Shown here piece by piece: positions 1 to 9,499 of a DNA stretch of 38,732 nucleotides (positions within the stretch are counted from its first letter, which is position 1; every line of letters begins with the position of its first letter). The stretch is taken from the NCBI GenBank assembly GCA_964587375.1, contig CAZPLE010000113.1, positions 1-38,732 of the forward strand, in the 5' to 3' direction. A program made the position numbers and the translations under genes. The stretch is from an uncultured bacterium. GTDB lineage: Bacteria; Ratteibacteria; UBA8468; MWAK01. The notes below the pieces were generated by a model. The model worked only from the letters and a program-made list of their open reading frames with translations. It was not told the DNA's origin and searched no databases.

Positions 1-120
1 CGTCCATTCGTGTTTGACCTAACTCCAGAGCCTATCTTCATAACGGGAATGGTGGAAAATCTGAATGAAATGAAAAATATGCTGGAAGGGATTAAAATAA
101 CCGAAAAAATTATAGAATAA
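1..120 (+). CDS. 3' end of an upstream CDS of unknown function (partial, runs off the window start)
   Basis: Frame 1 is open from base 1 to a TAA at 118-120 (...GMVENLNEMKNMLEGIKITEKIIE*). The next gene's Shine-Dalgarno AAAGGAGGAG follows immediately. No recognisable motif. Confidence 0.4.
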   Translation, partial: RPFVFDLTPEPIFITGMVENLNEMKNMLEGIKITEKIIE

Positions 121-137
121 AGAAAAGGAGGAGCTTT

Positions 138-815
138 ATGAAGGACAAAAAGAGAGATAAGAAGAAAAACTCCATTATTGAGTTTTTTGCCGTAGTGATA
201 ATGGTTATTGGGTTCTTTTTACCGACAGCATTCTGGGCCGCTCAGGCATTAGATGAATCTAAAGAGGAAAAAGAAATAACGCTCTGTGCAACAAATCTGC
301 AAAAGATTATGCGAGCGGTCTTTTTGTTTGCCCAAGACCATGACGATTACCTACCTACCGCGCATGACAACTATAAGATCTTCTGGTACGATATGCTCAA
401 ACCCTATGTGGAAGATATTGCGATTTTCCGCTGCCCATCTTTAAATTATCCTATCGGTTATGGTTGGAATGTGGCTCTTGGTGATAATAAAAGCAGCGAC
501 ACCAAAAACTATCTTACCAAACTGACGGAAGTACCTAATCCAGCAAAGACTTTGTTAATAGCTGACTCAGACCAGGCGGCTGCAGGTAATCCGGAAAAAG
601 GACATTATGCCATATCGGCATTTGGGCCCGGTTTTGATGAGTATGGCCTGAATCCAGAAGCGTTTAGGTGCAATTTTGTATCAAAACGGCATAAAGGGGG
701 TGCCAATGTAGCATTTGTAGATGGACATGTGGAATGGATGACCATAGAACAGATTTACCAGAAGAATGGAAACGACATAAACAACCCAGACTATACCATC
801 TGGGATACACGCTGA
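138..815 (+). CDS. H-X9-DG (DUF1559-type) pseudopilin-like protein with a degenerate prepilin-type N-terminus
   Basis: Strong SD (AAAGGAGGAG) lies upstream of the ATG. The N-terminal hydrophobic helix NSIIEFFAVVIMVIGFF resembles the FTLIELLVVIAII prepilin motif. The C-terminal HKGGANVAFVDGH gives H185-X9-D195-G196. Confidence 0.8.
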   Translation: MKDKKRDKKKNSIIEFFAVVIMVIGFFLPTAFWAAQALDESKEEKEITLCATNLQKIMRAVFLFAQDHDDYLPTAHDNYKIFWYDMLKPYVEDIAIFRCPSLNYPIGYGWNVALGDNKSSDTKNYLTKLTEVPNPAKTLLIADSDQAAAGNPEKGHYAISAFGPGFDEYGLNPEAFRCNFVSKRHKGGANVAFVDGHVEWMTIEQIYQKNGNDINNPDYTIWDTR

Positions 816-864
816 TTCTTTTTTGCATTTTTCCTATGCTTCAATTTCCCACCAAAAGAGAATA

Positions 865-3657
865 ATGGAATTCAACAAGAATTACGATCTTTCTTTACCT
901 GAGTGGGGGCCCTATTCCCCGCGTTATGCGGGAGGAGGACTTGTTGTTGATAAAGAAAAAGGATATCTGATGGAATTTCCGGTGGCGGTAGGGTATATCA
1001 ATTACCCACCCTCCTGCATCAAAGTTTATCCTCCTACCCCAAGTATCAATATTACCGCATGGGCCGCAAACGAAGAGATGGATTACTGGGTTTGGCGTTT
1101 TACGATGGACGACATCAATCGAAAACTTTGTTTAGCCAAATATGCCCTGATTGAATTTGTACCAGTGGATAAACATAGCATGGTTGTCTGTGCTTCCTTT
1201 TATAAGGAAATTTCTGGAGGGGTTGGTAGATTTACTTTTGACTTACTTTGTGGCCAATTTCCCTTGAAACCAAAGATTGCCATCAATAAAGGAAAAGACG
1301 ACCTATGGGTAAAGGCCTCTGAGTATTGCGAAATATACTCCCAATACCGGAATTATCTTGACGGTAGAAAACCGATGGTGTTCACTTATGAACCGTCCAC
1401 ATATCTCAGGTATGAGGGAGCAACTAATGGAGAGGCTCTTTACCTAAACTATAAAGACAAAGGAGTTGTTTACTATTTTCGATTGCCCCATACTTTAGGT
1501 GATGCTTACTTGGTATTTCGATACGCAACATTCTGGGCCGACGAAACCCAGCATTTTGATATCGAGTTGGACAATCAAAAGATAACCGTTCCTCTTCCAG
1601 TTAAAGGAACCTTTTCTCCTGGAAGTTCATTTGACGATTGGCTAACCGCAACTCATTATCTCGGAAAGTTGACAGAAGGTCGCCATAGACTCAAAATTAC
1701 GGTAAACACCACTTTGCCCAAGCGGCCAGCTCACATCTTGCTTGATGGGTTTGCCATTACCCGAAGTCTTCCTCCTAAAGATTTTTTTAGTCTCATTAAA
1801 GAACCTGAGGGCACTCTAAAAGTAATTAAGGATGTTCAGGCCAATTCAATGAGTTTGATCAACAAACGACTGGAAACCGACCAAATTTTTACCTTGTTAG
1901 GCAAGGGTGGAATGATAAGTTTAAGGGATATTAAAGGGGATGACATTACCGAAGCGCTGACCAAAATGGGTCCTTACTGGTATGTCCACGGTACATATCC
2001 CGGGCAAGGTATTGGCAGATGGTTAGACCTTAATATTTCTGACATCAGCGTTATACCCTTCGAAAAGAAGACAGTGTACGCTGTTGTAATAAGAGGCAAC
2101 GACCACGCCGGCAATGTAAGAACTGCCAAAAAAATACTTTCTCACGCAGAAGAGATTGTTAAAAAAAGGAGGGATCATTATCAGGATACCAAATACAAAG
2201 TGACTAACAAACATTACCAAACAGCGATGGAGCACAATGTGTCCGTTTCTCTAATGGCCGCGACATTTCCCAATATCAGGAAAGGAAAATATGTGAAGTT
2301 TTATGCTCCTCTCTCTGTTGACCGTAATTTTTGCTTTTGGGATGTTGGAGCGTTAGCCCTTGGACTTACTGAATATTCACCAAAACTTGCCCTGGAGGCA
2401 GCCGCAACTTATTTTACTGACGAAAACGAGGAATCGCTCGCCATTGAACATGGCTCCTACACCCCAACACCTGTATATGCGGTCTGGGAAGCCTATATCA
2501 AAACTGGTGATATTGAAATATTAAAATTTTTCTATCCAAGAATTAAACGCCTCTACGGACTACTCTCTGGAAATCACCCTAACTCTTTTTTTGACCCACA
2601 TAAGTTAAATCTGGTTAACGCTTACCATTACGAATATGAGTCCGCCTCCTGTGATGACTATCCAGTTTCAGGTGCCTGTACTCCTCCTCTAAACCACGAC
2701 TTTGAATTTCATCCCTGGCGAAGGAATCTCTATCTTCCAAAGAATCCGGTTAAATTTACCAGAGGGATTCAATGGCCTTCTGATGACGTAGGGTGTGCTG
2801 GTTTGACATCTCACGTGATAAGGCTGGCCAAGATTTTGCGGCTTTTTGCTTTCTTCTTGGGGTATAAAGAAGACCAAACTTTTTTTGATTCCCAGATTAA
2901 AAGGTTCTTTATCACCATGAATAAATATATGTGGGATGACAAAACAGGATATTTTGGCTGGACCAAAGGAAAGAACTACCAAATGATAAGAGACAAGAAT
3001 GGATTTAATTTCAACATGGGCATTGACGGAGTGATGCCACTGATTACTAAGGAGTGTACTCTTGATCAGGTAAGGAAGATGCTTTATAATCTGAAATCGC
3101 CTCGACATTTATGGACACGATGGGGTGTGACAAATGTAGATAAAAGCGCACCTTATTACATAGACGATGGATATTGGAATGGCTCGGTGTGGATGCCTCA
3201 CCAATGGTTTTTATGGAAAGCGATTCTTGATTACGACCCTGCGTTCGCTAAGAAAATTGCCAGAACTGCAGTAGAATTATGGTTTAGGGAGCATGAAAGA
3301 TTTCTTTCTCCTTTTGAATATTTTAAACACGGCGAAGGCTGCATTGGCGATTTCAGTAGTATATGTAATGCCTATGTTCTTAAATTTTTTGCTGCTTATT
3401 ACCAACACGGCAATGTAGTAGCAGGTTATGATACGGTCATCCACAAAGTTCGATATCATCCAAACAAAGATGCTCTTTCTATAACAATAAGTGCACCTTT
3501 CGGACCAGAAAGAGGTGGTCTGGTTGCAGTTTTATCACCCAGTAAAGAATACCGGATTGGGTCCAAAATTGTCCGTTCAGACGAAACTGGCGCAATCTCT
3601 TTAATGATAAAAACACCTCCGACGCCAGAAACAATAGAGATTATTTCTGCAAGATAG
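865..3657 (+). CDS. Large cytoplasmic glycoside hydrolase: unassigned N-terminal half plus a C-terminal (alpha/alpha)6-barrel GH63/MGH1-like domain
   Basis: The C-terminal half has six-hairpin glycosidase-like motifs (FCFWDVGALALGL, MGIDGVMPL, DDGYWNGSVWMPHQWFLWKAILDY). No signal peptide. The track ORF opens at a TTG at 823; the ATG at 865 (MEFNKNY) looks more likely. Confidence 0.7.
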   Translation: MEFNKNYDLSLPEWGPYSPRYAGGGLVVDKEKGYLMEFPVAVGYINYPPSCIKVYPPTPSINITAWAANEEMDYWVWRFTMDDINRKLCLAKYALIEFVPVDKHSMVVCASFYKEISGGVGRFTFDLLCGQFPLKPKIAINKGKDDLWVKASEYCEIYSQYRNYLDGRKPMVFTYEPSTYLRYEGATNGEALYLNYKDKGVVYYFRLPHTLGDAYLVFRYATFWADETQHFDIELDNQKITVPLPVKGTFSPGSSFDDWLTATHYLGKLTEGRHRLKITVNTTLPKRPAHILLDGFAITRSLPPKDFFSLIKEPEGTLKVIKDVQANSMSLINKRLETDQIFTLLGKGGMISLRDIKGDDITEALTKMGPYWYVHGTYPGQGIGRWLDLNISDISVIPFEKKTVYAVVIRGNDHAGNVRTAKKILSHAEEIVKKRRDHYQDTKYKVTNKHYQTAMEHNVSVSLMAATFPNIRKGKYVKFYAPLSVDRNFCFWDVGALALGLTEYSPKLALEAAATYFTDENEESLAIEHGSYTPTPVYAVWEAYIKTGDIEILKFFYPRIKRLYGLLSGNHPNSFFDPHKLNLVNAYHYEYESASCDDYPVSGACTPPLNHDFEFHPWRRNLYLPKNPVKFTRGIQWPSDDVGCAGLTSHVIRLAKILRLFAFFLGYKEDQTFFDSQIKRFFITMNKYMWDDKTGYFGWTKGKNYQMIRDKNGFNFNMGIDGVMPLITKECTLDQVRKMLYNLKSPRHLWTRWGVTNVDKSAPYYIDDGYWNGSVWMPHQWFLWKAILDYDPAFAKKIARTAVELWFREHERFLSPFEYFKHGEGCIGDFSSICNAYVLKFFAAYYQHGNVVAGYDTVIHKVRYHPNKDALSITISAPFGPERGGLVAVLSPSKEYRIGSKIVRSDETGAISLMIKTPPTPETIEIISAR

Positions 3658-3681
3658 GTTTAACTATTTAAGCAGTAAAAG

Positions 3682-4962
3682 GTGCTGAGAGTTTATTACG
3701 ATTTATCTATGAAAATCAAAGCTTACAAAATTGTTCACAATCATATAGAAAAGATTATGCCGCGCTTGGAAAGGCTTCCTACTGGAAGAATACCCTTTTC
3801 TTTCCTGTTAATTACCTATGGCCATTTTTACCCGGAGCAAATTTATTGCTGGGACTATTATCACATGGCAATACGTTTTGCTTACGCAGGCAAACCTGAC
3901 TATCTTAAATATTTGATTGACACACTTCTTTATTACCAGAGCCCTGATGGATTTACACCCAACTGTATCACCGAAAAGAGTGGTCCCATGCATTACTTTC
4001 CAAAATTTCATGCGCAACCTTTCCTGATGCAGGGGGCACTGGTGTATCTTTTCCAAACTGGAAATCTGCGTTGGGTGAAAGAGCAGTTTGATAAACTAAA
4101 AAAATATCTTGAATACTACTGGTATAATAATCTTACCCATCTTGGTCTCTTCCGGTGGTCTGTTTCCTGGATGAGCGGTATTGACAATGATGTAACCACT
4201 TCTTTTTCTCTTCCAGAGACTATCATCACAGCCGATATCAATGCTTGGTTATATCTTGAGTGTCGTTCAGCTACTATTCTGGCCAGCAGGCTGGGCAAAA
4301 AAAACGATGAGAAAATCTTCAAAGAAAAAGCTAAGACATTGCACCAGCTGGTAAATGATATTCTCTGGTATGAGGAGATGAGTTCTTATTCCGCTTACAA
4401 CCTTCTTACCGGTACTCACCACTTCCATTTAGGCAAGGGAACAGAGAGTGAAAGAGTTGGTTATTATGCCTTCCAATCTTGCTCCAACTTAATCCCTCTT
4501 TATGCTCAGATGGCTGATCGAAAAAGGGCCATTGATATGATTAAAAAGTATCTGCTACATGAAAAACATTTTTGGAGCCCCTATGGTATTCGCAGTCTAT
4601 CTAAGTCCAGCCCTTATTATAATAATGCCATCTTTGGTAATCCACCTCGTTTCGGGGAACATCATCGGATGACCAATTCCAACTGGCAGGGTCCAGTCTG
4701 GACACTTTTAAACTATTTTATGTTTCACGCCCTTATTCATTATGGATTCAAAAAAGAGGCGGAGGAACTGGTGGACAAAACAATGTTTCTTCTGGCATCC
4801 TCCCTTGAGAAGATTGGTTCTTTTACGGAGAATTATGATGCGGAAACCGGTCAGCCGCTTTTTGCCCCTGGTTATGGTTCCTGGAATATCTTGATGGATA
4901 TGATGTATCAAGAACTGAGAAGCGGTAAATGGATAATGGACCCAATCTTTGAAGAGATCTGA
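3682..4962 (+). CDS. GH63-like / MGH1-like (trehalase-fold) glycoside hydrolase, cytoplasmic
   Basis: Motifs WMSGIDNDVT, DINAWLY, YGIRSLS, NSNWQGPVWTLLNYFMFHAL and ENYDAETGQP are typical of (alpha/alpha)6 GH63/GH37-type enzymes. GTG start at 3682, with an alternative ATG at 3709. No signal peptide. Confidence 0.75.
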   Translation: MLRVYYDLSMKIKAYKIVHNHIEKIMPRLERLPTGRIPFSFLLITYGHFYPEQIYCWDYYHMAIRFAYAGKPDYLKYLIDTLLYYQSPDGFTPNCITEKSGPMHYFPKFHAQPFLMQGALVYLFQTGNLRWVKEQFDKLKKYLEYYWYNNLTHLGLFRWSVSWMSGIDNDVTTSFSLPETIITADINAWLYLECRSATILASRLGKKNDEKIFKEKAKTLHQLVNDILWYEEMSSYSAYNLLTGTHHFHLGKGTESERVGYYAFQSCSNLIPLYAQMADRKRAIDMIKKYLLHEKHFWSPYGIRSLSKSSPYYNNAIFGNPPRFGEHHRMTNSNWQGPVWTLLNYFMFHALIHYGFKKEAEELVDKTMFLLASSLEKIGSFTENYDAETGQPLFAPGYGSWNILMDMMYQELRSGKWIMDPIFEEI

Positions 4963-4979
4963 AGTGAATTGAATAAAAA

Positions 4980-6992
4980 ATGACCTTATTCCCCAAAAGA
5001 GCCATCCATCTTGATTTCCACACCATGCCGGCCGTCTCTGATGTTGGCCGGGATTTCAAAGCGGAAGAATTTGCTAAAACCCTGAAAAATTCAGGGGTTG
5101 ATTACATTACTGTCTTCGCTCGTTGTAATATAGGGTTTGCCTACTATCCAACCAGAATTGGAATAGTCCATCCCGGCCTGAAAGTGGACCTTTTAGGTGA
5201 AATAGTATCTGCCTGCCATCAGCATCACATACGGGTGGCTGCCTATTTCAATGCTGGGCTTGACCACGAACAGGCTCTCCGGCACCGGGAATGGTGCAAG
5301 GTGAATAAAGAAGGCCAGGTATATGAGATGGAGACGATAAAGCAGGAACGCTACAGCCATTTCTTCCGTAGAATGTGTCTGAATACCGGTTACCGGGAAT
5401 ACCTTCTCGGAATGGTGAAAGAAGTGCTGGAATGGTATCCGGTTGATGGCATTTTCCTGGATTGTTTTACCCTTTCTCCCTGTTATGGTGGGGAGTGTTT
5501 AGAAGAAATGAAGAAACTGGGTATGGACCCCCTGGACGAAGTTCAGGCTACAGAGTTCTGCTGGATGGTAACCAATCGCTTTCGAGAAGACACCACCAAA
5601 TTAGTGAAGAAATCACGGAAAGGTATTTATCTTTACTTTAACGGTCTACCCTATCAGGACCAGCCAGACCATATTGAGATAGAGGTTTTGCCCACCGGCG
5701 GCTGGGGATACGATTACCTACCCTGGGTTATCCGCTATGCTCGCACCTTGCAAAAGCCTTTCTTTACTGTGACCGGTAGATTTCATGAAAGTTGGGGTGA
5801 TTTTGGGGGGATAAGACCAGAACATTCTCTCTTTTTTGATTGTTACTATTCTTTGGCAAATACCGGGACCTGCATGGTTGGCGACCATATGCATCCTCGG
5901 GGAAAGTTGGAACCTGCAGTTTATGATCTGGTCCGGAACGTTTACATGCGGGTTAAAACTTTAGAACCATGGACTTATGGAGCCAGAGCCCGGGTGGAAA
6001 TATTAGTTATTGACCCAGATTTGAAGAGATTCCCTGGAGATCCATATTTTGACTCTACTCATCTTGCCGGGGCAGCCAGAATTCTGACGGAACTAAAATA
6101 TCAATTTAATATCAGTACTGGTGATGAAGATCTTTCCTTTTATCAGGTGGTAATTCTACCAGACAAGGTTCTCATTGATGATAGGTTAAGAGAGAAACTG
6201 CAGAAATACTTAGAGAAAGGAGGTTTTATTATCAGTTCCGCCATTTCCGGGCTGGACTCAAAGAAAAAAAAGTTTGCTCTCAAAGAGTACCGGATTGCCT
6301 ATCAGGGTCCAGAGCCCTATCACTATTCTTTCTTTGAAGCCCTTTCAGAAGTCAGTCAGGATTTACCGAAAATGGTTACTACCATTTACAACCCTGGTAT
6401 TGCGATGGTACCGAAAAAGGGTAGCAAAGTTTTAGCAAAACTTTATCAACCCTATTTTAACCTTAAGTCCTGGGATGGGTGCCATGAGAATTTATATATC
6501 CCCCCGGAAAAAGATTCTGGTCGGCCGGCATTGGTGCGTTGCGGCAACATTTTTCATTTCAGTTTCCCGATTTTCACCAGTTATTATGAACATGCAGTGG
6601 TGGCTTACAAAAATCTGGTTAGAAATTGTTTGAGGCTAATACTTCCCAGACCCCTAATTAGGGTAGAGGGACTACCTTCTTTCGGCCAGGTTACGGTTAC
6701 GCAGAAAGAAAAAGAGACCATGGTTCATATCTTGACCTACCTTCCAGAACTGAGAGGAAAAGAGATGCAGGTTATTGAAGAACCAATCACTGTGAGGGGA
6801 ATAAAACTGGCTTTAAAAGCCGAAGGACAAAAGATAAAGAAGGTTTATCTTGCTCCTTCGCGAAAACAGCTCAAGTTTGATTGGAAAGAAGACTACGTAA
6901 ACGTGGAGGTCCCGGAGGTTGAAGGTTATCAGTTAATTGTCTTTGAGTCTTGCTCACCTGAAAGGCTGATTTCTACAGGAGAGAATAAATGA
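4980..6992 (+). CDS. Putative glycoside hydrolase, GHL6-type TIM-barrel N-domain with a GH42-like middle/trimerisation-type region
   Basis: The N-terminus AIHLDFHT...GVDYITVFARCNIGFAYYPT matches my recollection of the 'hypothetical glycosyl hydrolase 6' family. A Cys cluster CFTLSPCYGGEC is reminiscent of the GH42 zinc site. No signal peptide. Confidence 0.6.
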   Translation: MTLFPKRAIHLDFHTMPAVSDVGRDFKAEEFAKTLKNSGVDYITVFARCNIGFAYYPTRIGIVHPGLKVDLLGEIVSACHQHHIRVAAYFNAGLDHEQALRHREWCKVNKEGQVYEMETIKQERYSHFFRRMCLNTGYREYLLGMVKEVLEWYPVDGIFLDCFTLSPCYGGECLEEMKKLGMDPLDEVQATEFCWMVTNRFREDTTKLVKKSRKGIYLYFNGLPYQDQPDHIEIEVLPTGGWGYDYLPWVIRYARTLQKPFFTVTGRFHESWGDFGGIRPEHSLFFDCYYSLANTGTCMVGDHMHPRGKLEPAVYDLVRNVYMRVKTLEPWTYGARARVEILVIDPDLKRFPGDPYFDSTHLAGAARILTELKYQFNISTGDEDLSFYQVVILPDKVLIDDRLREKLQKYLEKGGFIISSAISGLDSKKKKFALKEYRIAYQGPEPYHYSFFEALSEVSQDLPKMVTTIYNPGIAMVPKKGSKVLAKLYQPYFNLKSWDGCHENLYIPPEKDSGRPALVRCGNIFHFSFPIFTSYYEHAVVAYKNLVRNCLRLILPRPLIRVEGLPSFGQVTVTQKEKETMVHILTYLPELRGKEMQVIEEPITVRGIKLALKAEGQKIKKVYLAPSRKQLKFDWKEDYVNVEVPEVEGYQLIVFESCSPERLISTGENK

Positions 6993-8338
6993 AGAGAAAG
7001 ATTGTCTTGCTGGCAGGATTTCTTTCGTTCATAGCCATCTGGTGGTTTAGGTATTATGGCTTATGGAAGACGAACCCCTCTGGTTCTAATCAGAAAATAA
7101 CGATCGAATTCTTAAACTGGGAGAGTACACCAGAGGGTTCAAAATTTCTGAATAATCTGATAAGGCAATTTGAATCAAAAAACCCTGGCATTAAAGTCAA
7201 AAATGTAGTGATTACCAAAGACTACAATAGAGTTCTTCTGACCAGATTTGCTAGTGGCTCCCCACCGGATATCTTTGAAATCCAGGCGGAGATAATCCAC
7301 CCTTTTTTGAAGAAAAATCTCCTATTAAATCTTTCACCCCTGGTCAAAAAAAGTAAGGTATTGAAGGAGAAAGATTTTTTCCCACTCTCTCTGATAAACT
7401 TTCGATATGATGGTAAAAACTTTCGTCAGGGCGACCTCTATGGTTTTCCGAAAGATTGGGGCACCGGGGTACTTATTTACAACAAGGACCTATTTGACAA
7501 AGAAGGCCTATCCTACCCTGACGGTTCCTGGGGAGAAGAAGAGTATTTAGAAGCAGCCATTAGACTAACCAAAAGAGACCATTCTGGCAGATTAATCCAG
7601 GTCGGAATTGAAAGACCTGTCCATCCATTTTATACGCTTTTGCAGAAAGGCGGAAGAATCTGGAGCCAAGATTACAAAGAGTGCCTCCTGAACAGCCAGG
7701 CGGCAAGAGAGGCCTTTCAGTTTGATTATGATTTAAAAGAAAAGTATCGAGTGGCGCTACGTGAGCAAGAGATTAAAGAAGGTTTAACAGAAAGTTTTGG
7801 TTTCAAAGCAGGTAAGGCCGGGATGAGCCTGGCTTGGAGATATGAACTACCGGATATGATAAAGCACATAAAGTATTTCCGATGGGACGTGGCTCCCTTA
7901 CCTGTGATTGGAGAAAAGAGGGTTCAACTGATGCACGGACCTTCTGGGTGGGCTATCTCGGCAAAGACCAAATACCCTGAAGCCGCCTTCAAATTTTTGG
8001 AATTTTTGGCTGGTAAAGAAGGCCAGATAGAGACCGCAAAACTGGGTTGGAATATTCCTTCCAACCGAGAGATTGCTTATTCCCATTTCTTTTTGAAAAA
8101 CTTGAGAAGAGAAGACTCCGAAAGGATAAATAGGGTTTTTCTTGATGCTATAGACTATCTTGACCCTTCGCTTTTAAATCCCTACTTACCGCTATCCAGG
8201 TTTTACGATATTCTAAACTCAGAACTTGACCCTGAAGTAATCACCAGAAAATATGGAAGAAAGGTCGCACCAGCACTGGAGAGAGCAGTGGAAAGGATAA
8301 ATAAAGAGATTGAGGAGAATCTGGAGGAAAATCTATGA
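6989..8338 (+). CDS. ABC transporter extracellular solute-binding protein (family 1, carbohydrate type), N-terminally membrane-anchored
   Basis: Length and motif pattern are typical of sugar SBPs (KITIEFLNWES..., GFPKDWGTGVLIYNKDLF, GPSGWAIS). The N-terminal hydrophobic segment has no lipobox Cys. Both flanking genes overlap it by 4 nt (ATGA). Confidence 0.85.
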   Translation: MKRKIVLLAGFLSFIAIWWFRYYGLWKTNPSGSNQKITIEFLNWESTPEGSKFLNNLIRQFESKNPGIKVKNVVITKDYNRVLLTRFASGSPPDIFEIQAEIIHPFLKKNLLLNLSPLVKKSKVLKEKDFFPLSLINFRYDGKNFRQGDLYGFPKDWGTGVLIYNKDLFDKEGLSYPDGSWGEEEYLEAAIRLTKRDHSGRLIQVGIERPVHPFYTLLQKGGRIWSQDYKECLLNSQAAREAFQFDYDLKEKYRVALREQEIKEGLTESFGFKAGKAGMSLAWRYELPDMIKHIKYFRWDVAPLPVIGEKRVQLMHGPSGWAISAKTKYPEAAFKFLEFLAGKEGQIETAKLGWNIPSNREIAYSHFFLKNLRREDSERINRVFLDAIDYLDPSLLNPYLPLSRFYDILNSELDPEVITRKYGRKVAPALERAVERINKEIEENLEENL

Positions 8339-9495
8339 AAGAATACAAACTGCCTAACGGTGAATTTCAGAGGCGCTGGCAAAAGGTTCAGGAACGAATG
8401 CACCAAGCCGAGTTGGACGTGCTACTCGTCCACTCAAACGAGGCTGACTTTGCCAATGTGCGGTATCTTTCTGACTACTGGCCTATCTTTGAATCGGCAG
8501 GTGTCCTGATTCCTGCGGAAGGAGAAGCGGCTCTGCTTATCGGCCCAGAAAGCGAAACCTTTGCCAGAGACCGCAGCCGGATTAAAAAGATTTACAAGAT
8601 GATAGAATACCGGGAAAGCGCAGAGCCTGATTACCCGACCATCAAGGTTGATACTTTTGAAGGTATCTTCCGGAAGATGTTCGGAAATAAAAAGATTAGG
8701 AAGGTTGGCCTGGAAGGTTACCAAATCTTTCCCTTACCAATTTACGAAAGTTTAAAAAAAGCCTTGCCATCAGCCGAAATAGTCAAAAGTAACCTTGTCT
8801 CGGATTTAAGGATTATTAAAAGTCCTGCAGAACTGGCCATGCTACAGGAATCCTTCCGCATTTCCGAAATCGCCCTGGAGAACACCATCAAGCAGATCAA
8901 CCCGGATATGACCGAACTGGAAGTGGTGGGCATTATTGAAAAAGAACTCTACACCAATGGCGCCGAATATGAAGCTCATCCTCAGTATGTCCTTGCTGGA
9001 AAGAATTCTACGCACGCTATCGGAAGGCCAGGTTATCAAAAGTTGGGCAAAGGTAGGCTGGTACAACTGAATATTGGTGGCCGAATTGCCGGTTATTCTG
9101 GCAGTGTTGGCCGACCCCTGTGCTTTGGTAAGATGCCCAAAAGGATGCGCCAACTTGTCCAGGCAGGTTTAGACTTACACCAAAAGACTATGGAATGGAT
9201 GAAACCTGGTATTATTGCTAAAGAGATTGCTGAAAAGTTCTTCCGTTATGCCCAAAAGATAGGGGTGGCAAAAAATCTCCTCTATGGTCCCTGCCACGGC
9301 TTAGGTTTGATAGAGGTGGAACGTCCCTGGATGGAATCTCATTCCGACTACCCTCTCCAAGAAAATATGACCTTTCAGGTTGATACCTTCCTTTATACCC
9401 AAGAATTTGGTCTGCGTTGGGAGGATGGCGTTTCGGTCACCAAAGATGGTATACAATCTTTTTCCAATAAATTACAGGAGATTATAGAACTATAG
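8335..9495 (+). CDS. Creatinase/prolidase-fold (M24 family) protein, probably not a canonical metallopeptidase
   Basis: It has a creatinase-type N-domain plus a pita-bread C-domain (GRLVQLNIGGRIAGYSGSVGRP, CHGLGLIEVERP, GLRWEDGVSVTKDG). Two positions normally held by metal-binding Asp read N246 and S257. Confidence 0.8.
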   Translation: MKEYKLPNGEFQRRWQKVQERMHQAELDVLLVHSNEADFANVRYLSDYWPIFESAGVLIPAEGEAALLIGPESETFARDRSRIKKIYKMIEYRESAEPDYPTIKVDTFEGIFRKMFGNKKIRKVGLEGYQIFPLPIYESLKKALPSAEIVKSNLVSDLRIIKSPAELAMLQESFRISEIALENTIKQINPDMTELEVVGIIEKELYTNGAEYEAHPQYVLAGKNSTHAIGRPGYQKLGKGRLVQLNIGGRIAGYSGSVGRPLCFGKMPKRMRQLVQAGLDLHQKTMEWMKPGIIAKEIAEKFFRYAQKIGVAKNLLYGPCHGLGLIEVERPWMESHSDYPLQENMTFQVDTFLYTQEFGLRWEDGVSVTKDGIQSFSNKLQEIIEL

Positions 9496-9499
9496 CTAT

